Program-made: the position numbers and the translations under genes
Shown here: piece after piece, positions 9,260 through 16,305 of the stretch
Numbering within the stretch: the first letter of the stretch is position 1
Layout of the letters: each line of letters begins with the position of its first letter
Assembly: GCF_006740685.1 (NCBI RefSeq)
Contig: NZ_CP035425.1
Span: forward strand, 131,687 to 163,686
Length of the DNA stretch: 32,000 nt
From: Candidatus Nitrosopumilus sp. SW
GTDB taxonomy: Archaea; Thermoproteota; Nitrososphaeria; Nitrososphaerales; Nitrosopumilaceae
Reading direction: 5' to 3'
The notes under the pieces: generated by a model
What the model saw: the letters and a program-made list of their open reading frames with translations, nothing else
What the model was told of the DNA's origin: nothing
Database searches by the model: none

Positions 9260-9684
9260 TTTTCAGCAATTTTTATAAAATTATCTATAATTTCTTCATA
9301 GTTTTGCTGATATCGATTTTTAGAAAACATACTACCAATTTTCATTTTTCCCTTTAATTTCAAATCCACATTAACTAGAATTTTTGTGCCATGAGGTGTT
9401 TCAATGAATTGTTCTTGGATGTGAGAGCCTTTGGCATCACCTCCAATTACAAAGACATCGTGCAATACAGGTTCATCAGTTACATGTTTTGCCATAATTA
9501 CTAATTCATCATCCCCCAAATTCAGATGTTCCTCAACTACTGCAACATTATCTCTGATAGAACGAATTCTAATTGATGGAAAAAACTTTGGAAATGTTTT
9601 TTGATAGTTTTCATAATCGGAGAAAATTTTGTAGACAGTGTTTCTATCAGAAGAACATGTTTTTTCAAAAGAGAATTGTGGCAA
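9256..9684 (-). CDS. SRPBCC (START/polyketide-cyclase/COQ10-like) superfamily protein
   Basis: 142 aa. The size and alternating beta pattern with a C-terminal helix fit the Polyketide_cyc2-like fold. The TTG start lies 5 nt after the ubiX stop. Confidence 0.55.
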   Translation of the reverse strand: MPQFSFEKTCSSDRNTVYKIFSDYENYQKTFPKFFPSIRIRSIRDNVAVVEEHLNLGDDELVIMAKHVTDEPVLHDVFVIGGDAKGSHIQEQFIETPHGTKILVNVDLKLKGKMKIGSMFSKNRYQQNYEEIIDNFIKIAEN

Positions 9685-9689
9685 TTAAT

Positions 9690-10247
9690 TTAGGAAGTGC
9701 CCCATCTAGGGTATAAATTATGTTCAATGTCAAATTGGTCTAAGCATTTTCCTACACCATGGTTTACAATATCATCAATTGATTGAGGTTTGGTATAAAA
9801 TTCAGTCACGGGAGGTAAAATAACAATACCAAGTCTTGAAAGTTTTAACATATTTTCTAGATGAATTGCAGATAATGGAGTTTCTCTAACCATTAAAATT
9901 AATTTTCTAGATTCTTTGATTGTAACACCAGCTGCACGTGCAACAAGTGTGTCATCATATCCGTTAGCAATTGCAGCCAAGGTTTTCATACTACAGGGAG
10001 CAACAATCATTCCATCGATTCTATGAGTTCCACTAGAAACACTTGCAGCCATATTTTTTTCATCAGAAACATTAGTTGCAAGAGATTTTACATAGTCTAC
10101 GGTGAATTCAGTTTCCATGGGAATACATTTTGCACCCCATTCAGACATTATCAAATGAGTCTCAATGTTTAATTTTTTTAGAATCTCAAGCATCCGAATT
10201 CCATAGATAACTCCAGTGCTTCCAGTAATCCCAATTATTAGTTTCAA
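9690..10247 (-). CDS. ubiX: Flavin prenyltransferase UbiX
   Basis: 185 aa. MKLIIGITGSTG, MIVAPCSMKTLAAIANGYDDTLVARAA and LILMVRETPLS are classic UbiX/Pad1 flavoprotein motifs. It has a TTG start. Confidence 0.93.
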   Translation of the reverse strand: MKLIIGITGSTGVIYGIRMLEILKKLNIETHLIMSEWGAKCIPMETEFTVDYVKSLATNVSDEKNMAASVSSGTHRIDGMIVAPCSMKTLAAIANGYDDTLVARAAGVTIKESRKLILMVRETPLSAIHLENMLKLSRLGIVILPPVTEFYTKPQSIDDIVNHGVGKCLDQFDIEHNLYPRWGTS

Positions 10248-10304
10248 TAATTTAGATTAGAATGTAGAGTATTTTATGTATTAGATAGAATTGTATCATT
10301 AGCA

Positions 10305-10424
10305 CTAGATAGGAGGCTCGTCATTTTTGAAAGAGGTTTCAAGCTCCTTTCTTTCTTTTCGTCGTTTTAACCAAAGGCTGATTCCTCCAACGGCCATTGC
10401 AGTTAGCAGAATTACGCCAGCCAT
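10305..10424 (-). CDS. Possible 39-aa single-TM micro-protein
   Basis: Reverse-strand ATG at 10424 reads MAGVILLTAMAVGGISLWLKRRKERKELETSFKNDEPPI, a TM helix followed by a basic stretch. Promoter spacing is poor, so it could be chance. Confidence 0.25.
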   Translation of the reverse strand: MAGVILLTAMAVGGISLWLKRRKERKELETSFKNDEPPI

Positions 10425-10515
10425 CTGCAATTCAAAACTATACAGCACGGTTATGAAAAACACCAATTTCAGAAAAATCTTGCGATTTTGTCCGATCCTA
10501 AAAATTGAAAATTAG

Positions 10516-10523
10516 CTATATTA
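10516..10523 (+). promoter_or_regulatory. TATA-like box of purP
   Basis: CTATATTA lies 23-30 nt upstream of the GTG start at 10546. Confidence 0.4.
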
Positions 10524-10545
10524 GATCCTAATTTCAAGGCATTAT

Positions 10546-11637
10546 GTGATAAAGAGTTCTGAGATCAAGAAAATTGTTAATGAGTACTCAGATGTAAAAA
10601 TAGGCGTTCTTGGAAGCCATTCAGCACTAGAAATAATGGATGGTGCAAAAGATGAGGATTTCCAAACTAGAGTGTTTTGCCAAAAAGGCAGAGAGGGACC
10701 CTATCAGAGATTTAATAGAATTGCAGATGAAATTACAGTATTAGATAAATTCAAAGAGATGGCATCAGCCAAAATCCAAAAAGAGTTACGAGAGTCAAAT
10801 ACGATTATTGTACCACATCGTTCCCTCACAGTATATCTAGGATACAAGACAATTGAGAATTCTTTCAAAGTTCCAATCTTCGGAAACAGAAAGTTGTTTC
10901 AAGCAGAAGAAAGAACTGCAAAGAAAGGGCAATACTATCTTTTAGAAAAAGCCAGAATAAAATATCCAAAATTATTCAAGGATCCTAAGAGAATTAACAA
11001 ACCTTGTATTGTCAAAGTACAAGAAAAAAACAGACCACTAGAAAGAGCATTTTTTACAGTATCATCTTACAAAGATTATGTTACAAAATCCGAAGAAAAG
11101 ATCAAACAAGGAGTGATAGCAAGAAAAGACCTAGAAAAAGCAAGTATTGAAGAATTGGCAATTGGAACATACATGAATTTTAATTTCTTCCACACTCCGA
11201 TTTCAGACCAAGTGGATTTCATTGGAATTGAGAGAAGATTACAAACAAACATTATGGATTTCAATGCATTACCTGCAAAACAACAATTAGATATCGATAT
11301 AGATTTGCAAAATATCGAAGTAGGCCACACACCTGCAAGCATTAGAGAATCACTCTTAGAAAAGGTACTCAAAATAGGAGACAAGTTTGTAAAAGCAGTC
11401 AAAAAAGAATACGCCCCAGGAATCATTGGGCCATTCTCACTCCAAAGCGTAATAACAAAAGATTTGGAATTAATTGTATATGATGTATCATTACGAGTTC
11501 CAGGAAATCCTATTGTTGCAACAACCAGCCCATACACAAAATACCAATACGGTCAAACATTTGGAGTTGGCAGAAGAATTGCCATGGAAATCAAAAGAGC
11601 ACAAGAAGAAGACAGATTAGATGAAATAGTTACATAG
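10546..11637 (+). CDS. purP: FAICAR synthetase, archaeal ATP-grasp type (5-formaminoimidazole-4-carboxamide ribonucleotide synthetase)
   Basis: 363 aa. GSHSALEIMDGAKDEDF, IVPHRS, FGNR, IGIERRLQTNI and GPFSLQ align with what I recall of Methanocaldococcus PurP. It has a GTG start. Confidence 0.9.
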   Translation: MIKSSEIKKIVNEYSDVKIGVLGSHSALEIMDGAKDEDFQTRVFCQKGREGPYQRFNRIADEITVLDKFKEMASAKIQKELRESNTIIVPHRSLTVYLGYKTIENSFKVPIFGNRKLFQAEERTAKKGQYYLLEKARIKYPKLFKDPKRINKPCIVKVQEKNRPLERAFFTVSSYKDYVTKSEEKIKQGVIARKDLEKASIEELAIGTYMNFNFFHTPISDQVDFIGIERRLQTNIMDFNALPAKQQLDIDIDLQNIEVGHTPASIRESLLEKVLKIGDKFVKAVKKEYAPGIIGPFSLQSVITKDLELIVYDVSLRVPGNPIVATTSPYTKYQYGQTFGVGRRIAMEIKRAQEEDRLDEIVT

Positions 11638-11678
11638 AAAAATTTTCGTGGAAAAAATAATTTTTAGAAATTAAAAAG

Positions 11679-11772
11679 GCGCAACCCCAAATTGCAGAAC
11701 TTTGAGAGATTCCCTCTCGTGGTCAAACGTCTAAACGTTTGATGGCCTTTAACGTTCTGCGGGGCTACGCGG
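11679..11772. ncRNA. Candidate structured RNA (three-way junction), family unknown, strand unresolved
   Basis: A GC-rich island in A+T-rich spacer with no ORF. Nested perfect stems are CGC/GCG, CCCC/GGGG and GCAGAAC/GTTCTGC. They enclose hairpins GAGAG-attcc-CTCTC and TCAAACGT-ctaa-ACGTTTGA. Oligo-T runs flank it on both strands. Confidence 0.35.
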
Positions 11773-12094
11773 TTTATTCGTTAGATTTTTTAACTAACGA
11801 CATCAATTACTATAGGAAATTTTACTATTTAAGATTTAGTGTGAAAAATTACAAGAAAGATCCAAAAATATTATAAAATTTTAGTTAAACAAACCACATA
11901 CAAAAACATATTTTCAAAATGAATTATTTGGATTTTGTTAATTGGTTAGATTGGAAATATACTGAATACCATTCGTTCTAATTTCAGGTGATTAAAACGG
12001 TTTGACACTTGAAATTGAATTGCTGATACCAATTAACAAAATAATGCTTTTCCGGAGAAAAATTTGTTAGCACCAGGATTTTTTTCATCTTTTC

Positions 12095-12100
12095 TTTATA
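12095..12100 (+). promoter_or_regulatory. TATA-like box for the small Zn-ribbon gene
   Basis: TTTATA lies 24-29 nt upstream of the GTG at 12124. Confidence 0.3.
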
Positions 12101-12123
12101 ACTAAATCCAAGTTTTTTCCTTT

Positions 12124-12282
12124 GTGAAGTGTAAGAATTGTGGGAATGATCTGATAGATGTCAGGCAAAAATTTTGTTCTTTGAATTGTCAGGATGAATA
12201 CATTACAAATTTGGAGAATATCATAAGAGAAGTTACAAAAAAAGACATGTCGCATTCACAAAAATTGGCAGAATCAGAATAG
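12124..12282 (+). CDS. Small FCS/TRASH-like zinc-ribbon protein, 52 aa, GTG start
   Basis: Not in the track. Translation is (M)KCKNCGNDLIDVRQKFCSLNCQDEYITNLENIIREVTKKDMSHSQKLAESE. It carries the CxxC...FCSxxC signature seen in FCS/TRASH/L24e-type zinc ribbons, and the TATA box is at correct spacing. Confidence 0.45.
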   Translation: MKCKNCGNDLIDVRQKFCSLNCQDEYITNLENIIREVTKKDMSHSQKLAESE

Positions 12283-12323
12283 TTAATTTAAAAAAATAAA
12301 GGGGTGATTACAAATAGGAAAAT

Positions 12324-12584
12324 ATGGGTAGAACCATCTTTGTCAAAGAAATAATCACAATCGCAAAAGAGCCAAAACTGTGTCCAACTTGTGAGAAAGA
12401 AGATAGATTAGAAAGAGATGTGATCCGAGAAGAAAGATCAGATGGAAAAACAATTCTTTGTACTCGTTGTGAGGCATTAATCGTAGTTACAAATTTGAAT
12501 CTAAAACAAGTAGAACTATCCTCAAGAAAAGACGATACAATAATGCTCAAAGAGCCTCATTTAATTAGAAAAGTGGCTTATTAG
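12324..12584 (+). CDS. Small zinc-ribbon protein (CPTC ... CTRC)
   Basis: 86-aa ORF with an ATG start and two CxxC pairs 23 residues apart. Confidence 0.6.
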   Translation: MGRTIFVKEIITIAKEPKLCPTCEKEDRLERDVIREERSDGKTILCTRCEALIVVTNLNLKQVELSSRKDDTIMLKEPHLIRKVAY

Positions 12585-12829
12585 TCCTCAGATTTTGACA
12601 GTAATTCTTCAATGATATGTCTTCTAACATTTGCAATCTCCCAATCTCGAAGATTAGCAAGTTTGCATTCTTCTTTTATTATCAATCCGACTAAACCATC
12701 ACTCCACATGTGACGTTTTGGATCATAAACTTGAATAATTTTTCCACGCTTTTTTATTCTAATTGCACCATGGCACCTATCAATTACTTGTAACGCAACT
12801 TTTTTGTATAGTTTTTCAAAATTTACCAT
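12581..12829 (-). CDS. Hypothetical protein (82 aa from ATG; the track extends to a TTG at 12895)
   Basis: The ORF is open to 12895, but the extension (LIVYYYSYV...) looks like A+T-rich promoter sequence. The ATG at 12829 has TTTTTGATA 21-29 nt upstream. Confidence 0.5.
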   Translation of the reverse strand: MVNFEKLYKKVALQVIDRCHGAIRIKKRGKIIQVYDPKRHMWSDGLVGLIIKEECKLANLRDWEIANVRRHIIEELLSKSED

Positions 12830-12982
12830 ATCTAAAAAGGAAATACTAGTATCAAAAAGGTTCCTGACATATGAATAATAATATACTATTAACAAACAAC
12901 ATAATTTGCTGATGATTAACCGACAACTAAGCTAATCACTGAATGATGATGAGTTTGCCGAATTATGAAGCAGAATTTTGAA

Positions 12983-13375
12983 TCAAGTACTTCTATTCTC
13001 AACATATACAATCATAGAAAGTGGGGGAGATAGTGCTTCCGGATTATCTACACTTTCCCAGACAAAAACTTGGATATGAAAAGTTCCAGATTCAGTTGGA
13101 GTCCAGGATTGAGATGGAGAAAATGATTGTCTTGGAGACAGTGACCCAGTTAACCACGATAGCGAAATTACAACACCCTGATCATTTTTTACTTGTGTCA
13201 AATATGCAAAGTTCTGAGAAATGTCTTGATTATTTGAGATGTCAGCCATGATCATAATTTGTTCATCAACATAGTGAGTTTTTTCCCCAGAAGGGATTTC
13301 AGAAGATACAGGGTCAGCAAAAGCCATACCACTACTCAAAGTTATCAAAAATACAAGAAATGTTGTAATCTTCAT
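12983..13375 (-). CDS. Secreted hypothetical protein
   Basis: 130 aa. The signal peptide is MKITTFLVFLITLSSGMAFA/DP, followed by a beta-rich mature part. Confidence 0.7.
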   Translation of the reverse strand: MKITTFLVFLITLSSGMAFADPVSSEIPSGEKTHYVDEQIMIMADISNNQDISQNFAYLTQVKNDQGVVISLSWLTGSLSPRQSFSPSQSWTPTESGTFHIQVFVWESVDNPEALSPPLSMIVYVENRST

Positions 13376-13411
13376 AACGAGTATTAGTAAGTTGGATATT
13401 TAATCTAGCTA

Positions 13412-13609
13412 ATGGCAAAACTGCCTGAAAAATTTCCAGAGTACTCCATAATGTACAAAACAATTTCCAATCAGATCAAAAATTTAGAAAAGCAAAAAGA
13501 AGATGCGTCAAAAGAAAATATATTGGAATTGGATGCAAAAATCACAAAGTATCAAGAAGAATTAGATAGAATAAAGAAAATGTTTCCAGATAATTTTTTT
13601 GAAAACTAG
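13412..13609 (+). CDS. Small helical protein, YK...EEL..IK.MFPD family (copy 1)
   Basis: 65-aa ORF. It aligns without gaps over about 44 aa with the ORFs at 19045 and 19260. Confidence 0.6.
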   Translation: MAKLPEKFPEYSIMYKTISNQIKNLEKQKEDASKENILELDAKITKYQEELDRIKKMFPDNFFEN

Positions 13610-13828
13610 TCACTCGTGATGATGATCATGACCACAATCACATTGATGACCTTCGCCATTTGCTGCCATTAATTTTTGAACCATCTCATCTCGAATTTTT
13701 AACAAATCACCGACTTGTTTTTTGTGAGAATCAGAATCCCAATTTCCTTGATGTAATTCCCTTACAACATCAATTATTTCAAGATCCACATTTAGTAGAT
13801 TGTCCATTAATTGTTCTTGCTCATTCAT
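13610..13828 (-). CDS. Small helical protein with His/Cys-rich C-terminal tail (putative metal binding)
   Basis: 72 aa from the ATG (MNEQEQ...); the track start at 13840 is a TTG. The tail is GEGHQCDCGHDHHHE. Confidence 0.6.
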   Translation of the reverse strand: MNEQEQLMDNLLNVDLEIIDVVRELHQGNWDSDSHKKQVGDLLKIRDEMVQKLMAANGEGHQCDCGHDHHHE

Positions 13829-13868
13829 GATAAACCACAATCAAACTAGGAGAAAAACTGTTCTAATA

Positions 13869-14321
13869 TCAGGTTTCAGCTTCCATGCTTTCTTTTAGGA
13901 GAGTTTTTCTAACTAAAATTGGAATATTATAGTATGCAGCAAGTGCCATGGCATCAGATGCACGATAGTTTCTCAAAACAAGGTCTTTTTTGCCTGTAAA
14001 GTATAGATTTGCTCGTAAAACCTCACCGCTTTCATAGATTTTGACTTTAACTAGAACCAATTCATTTTCTTCGCAAATATCTTCAATCATTTTGTAAATC
14101 GAAGGAGCAGTTTCGCCACCTTTCTCATCACCAAAACTTGAGATATGTTTTGCAACTTCGCCAGAAAAGGCTCTCATGTGAAATTCTTTTCCATTATCAG
14201 ACTTTAGAATCACCATGCCTTCAACAGCATAGGGGTCAACAAATCCAACATAATCAATTTTTACCGATTCGTAATCAGGCTCTTGTGCTTGATTGATATC
14301 CATTATACGCATAAACTTCAC
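13869..14321 (-). CDS. Bifunctional-nuclease-domain (DUF151/BFN) protein
   Basis: 150 aa. FHMRAFSGEVAKHI and YRASDAMALAAYYNIPILV resemble the DUF151 core (...RPSDAIALA...PI.V). The start is ambiguous between GTG 14321, ATG 14312 and ATG 14303. Confidence 0.7.
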   Translation of the reverse strand: MKFMRIMDINQAQEPDYESVKIDYVGFVDPYAVEGMVILKSDNGKEFHMRAFSGEVAKHISSFGDEKGGETAPSIYKMIEDICEENELVLVKVKIYESGEVLRANLYFTGKKDLVLRNYRASDAMALAAYYNIPILVRKTLLKESMEAET

Positions 14322-14422
14322 GCTCAGTGCTTATAAAGATAGCAAAATTAAGAGATCAATTAAGATCATTTAACCAAGGTAAATTTTTTTTAAACGATCA
14401 AATCTGAAGCGTAACCCCAAAT

Positions 14423-14431
14423 TATTTAAAA
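14423..14431 (+). promoter_or_regulatory. TATA-like box of the CBS-KtrB gene
   Basis: TATTTAAAA lies 22-30 nt upstream of the ATG at 14453, immediately preceded by the GC-rich GCGTAACCCCAAATT word. Confidence 0.35.
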
Positions 14432-14452
14432 TCCCTAACTAAGGGTAGCTTA

Positions 14453-16270
14453 ATGTCGACAAATCCAGAACGTGCTGTATCATATGTTCTAAACAAATCA
14501 GTAACAGAGTACATGGACAAAGACGTTTTGATTCTTAGTCAGAATACATTAACTAGAGAAGCAGCTAGAATGTTGCGTCACTATGAAACAGACGACATTG
14601 TTGTTACAGATGAAAATAGAATCCCAGTTGGAATTGTTACAGATGAGGATATTCTAAGTAAAGTAAGTGATGTTACAGTATATGCTGAAGCTACCAAACT
14701 AAAGGACATCATGACAACACCACTTGTTACAATTAATGAAAAATCAACATTGCAAGATGCATTACATAAAATGAGAGATAACAGTATTAGGAAATTACCA
14801 GTCATATCAAAAAAGAACGAAGTAATTGGAATGGTTTTTCAAACAACAATTGCAAATGTAATAAGAGATGCAACTGCATCAGAGCCACGATTATTGAGTC
14901 CACCAGTAAAAGCAGTGCTGGGCAATCTAGGATTTGTTTTGCAATTTGCAGGAGTATTGTTACTGGTTCCAGCAATTGTTGCAACAATTTTAGAAGATAC
15001 TACAACGGCTACAGGAATTTATCTTACAACAGTTCTGTTACTAGTCACAGGTTTCTTTTTGAACTCATATGGAGAAAAAGCGAGTTTAAATCTACAACAG
15101 GCATCGATACTGGTGTTTTCTAGCCTGTTTTTGCTGTCTTTGTTTGGAACGGTTCCGTATCTGTATGTTCTACCAGGTGAAGAATCAGGAGTAGAAGTAT
15201 TTGGAAATGCATTCTTTTCAAGTGCAGCAGGATTCACAACAGGAGGGATATCTCTATTTCACACACCAGAGGAAGAACTTACTCAGAGTTTCACATTCTA
15301 TCGTAGTTACACACAACTTGTAGGAGGAATGAGTTTCATTTATCTGGTAATTACAGCATTTTATCCAGAATCAAAATTACAATCAATGCGTGGTTTTATT
15401 TCCGGTAGAACTCTTCACATGAAAGAACTATTTTCAACAATTACTGTCATCTTTGCAGTATACATTGTAATTGTTGCAATGCTTTTGTATTTCTTTGGTC
15501 AAGAGAATCTACTTGATGACTTTTCATTAGCTATGAGTACGCTTGCTACAGGAGGTTTTGTTCCATCATCAACTATCATTGAAAGTCTAGGATGGCAAGA
15601 AGAAGTGATTTTGATGGGAGCAATGATACTAGGAGCATTGCCATTTACATTCCATTACGCATTTGTAAGAAAGAAATTCCTTGCACCAAAATTAGGAAAA
15701 GAAGTTCTCACATACTTTGCAATTTTAGGAGGTGCAACAGCATTGTTTATCGGAATAAGTGGATTGGAGCCATTAGAAAGTACATTTTATTCTGTTTCTG
15801 CAAGCACTACTGCAGGACTTCAACTACAAAGTTTAGCAGGATTAGGAGGATTTGCTCATGCAATTTTAATCACATTGATGTTCATTGGAGGATGTGGTTT
15901 TTCAACAGCAGGAGGATTAAAGATTTTCAGATTATTCCATCTCAAAGATTGCAGATCATTTTTCAACAATGTAAAAAGAAAGGAACTTTCAATACAAACA
16001 AAAAAAGAAATCATATCCACATTAATCATTATAGGACTATTTCCGTTAATATCAGCCATCACAGGACTACATCTTGCAGAGACAGAAGATGTGCCTTACC
16101 AGGACGCGTTTTTTGAGGCTGCAGGAGTAATAACTACAGGAGGACTATCTGCAGGAGTAATTGATTTTGATACTGATCCTGCAACAAAAATTGTCTTAGG
16201 ATTCCTGATGATATTTGGAAGACTCGAAATAATTGCAATCATATACATTTTTGTGCCCAGATTAAGTTAA
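14453..16270 (+). CDS. CBS-pair domain fused to a KtrB/TrkH-type cation (K+) transporter membrane domain
   Basis: 605 aa. The N-terminal 150 aa form two CBS motifs (IVVTDENRIPVGIVTDEDIL; KLPVISKKNEVIGMV). The membrane part carries four P-loop-like GG/AG motifs (GFTTGGIS, LATGGFV, STTAGLQ, VITTGGLS) and the D3M2 loop GGCGFSTAGGLKIFR. Confidence 0.88.
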   Translation: MSTNPERAVSYVLNKSVTEYMDKDVLILSQNTLTREAARMLRHYETDDIVVTDENRIPVGIVTDEDILSKVSDVTVYAEATKLKDIMTTPLVTINEKSTLQDALHKMRDNSIRKLPVISKKNEVIGMVFQTTIANVIRDATASEPRLLSPPVKAVLGNLGFVLQFAGVLLLVPAIVATILEDTTTATGIYLTTVLLLVTGFFLNSYGEKASLNLQQASILVFSSLFLLSLFGTVPYLYVLPGEESGVEVFGNAFFSSAAGFTTGGISLFHTPEEELTQSFTFYRSYTQLVGGMSFIYLVITAFYPESKLQSMRGFISGRTLHMKELFSTITVIFAVYIVIVAMLLYFFGQENLLDDFSLAMSTLATGGFVPSSTIIESLGWQEEVILMGAMILGALPFTFHYAFVRKKFLAPKLGKEVLTYFAILGGATALFIGISGLEPLESTFYSVSASTTAGLQLQSLAGLGGFAHAILITLMFIGGCGFSTAGGLKIFRLFHLKDCRSFFNNVKRKELSIQTKKEIISTLIIIGLFPLISAITGLHLAETEDVPYQDAFFEAAGVITTGGLSAGVIDFDTDPATKIVLGFLMIFGRLEIIAIIYIFVPRLS

Positions 16271-16305
16271 GATAGAATTTAATCTCATGGTAAAAAGACA
16301 GCATC

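Noticed and set aside
10327-10515. Forward 62-aa ORF in the ubiX-purP divergent spacer
   Set aside because: It overlaps the purP promoter and has an implausible sequence. At most, the reverse-strand 39-aa TM micro-ORF is a weak candidate, and I list that at low confidence.
10494-10531. GATCCTAA direct repeat 30 bp apart flanking the purP TATA box, and a similar AGATC(C)TAATT after the purQ TATA (6444-6453), as a purine-regulon operator
   Set aside because: By my rough estimate, dozens of identical 8-mer pairs within 50 bp are expected by chance in 32 kb of this composition. TAGATC-containing words also occur in unrelated promoters here (about 257-262 and 7680-7687). Distances to the start codons differ between purP and purQ.
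11679-11772. Interpreting the structured element as tRNA, 5S rRNA, C/D-box or H/ACA sRNA, or a purine/ZTP riboswitch
   Set aside because: It has only two inner hairpins, with no GTTCRANYC-type T-loop and no 7-nt anticodon loop. At 94 nt it is too short for 5S rRNA. It has no RUGAUGA/CUGA or ACA boxes. It has no resemblance to the purine or ZTP riboswitch cores as I remember them, and it lies downstream rather than upstream of purP.
15592-16116. 174-aa alternative-frame ORF inside the transporter gene. Also antisense ORFs inside purC (946..1229), purP (11076..11537), the membrane protein (16764..17111) and the coiled-coil gene (21086..21355).
   Set aside because: All are nested in genes with strong homology or coherent features in another frame or strand. 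Their translations are low-complexity or R/C/F-rich.
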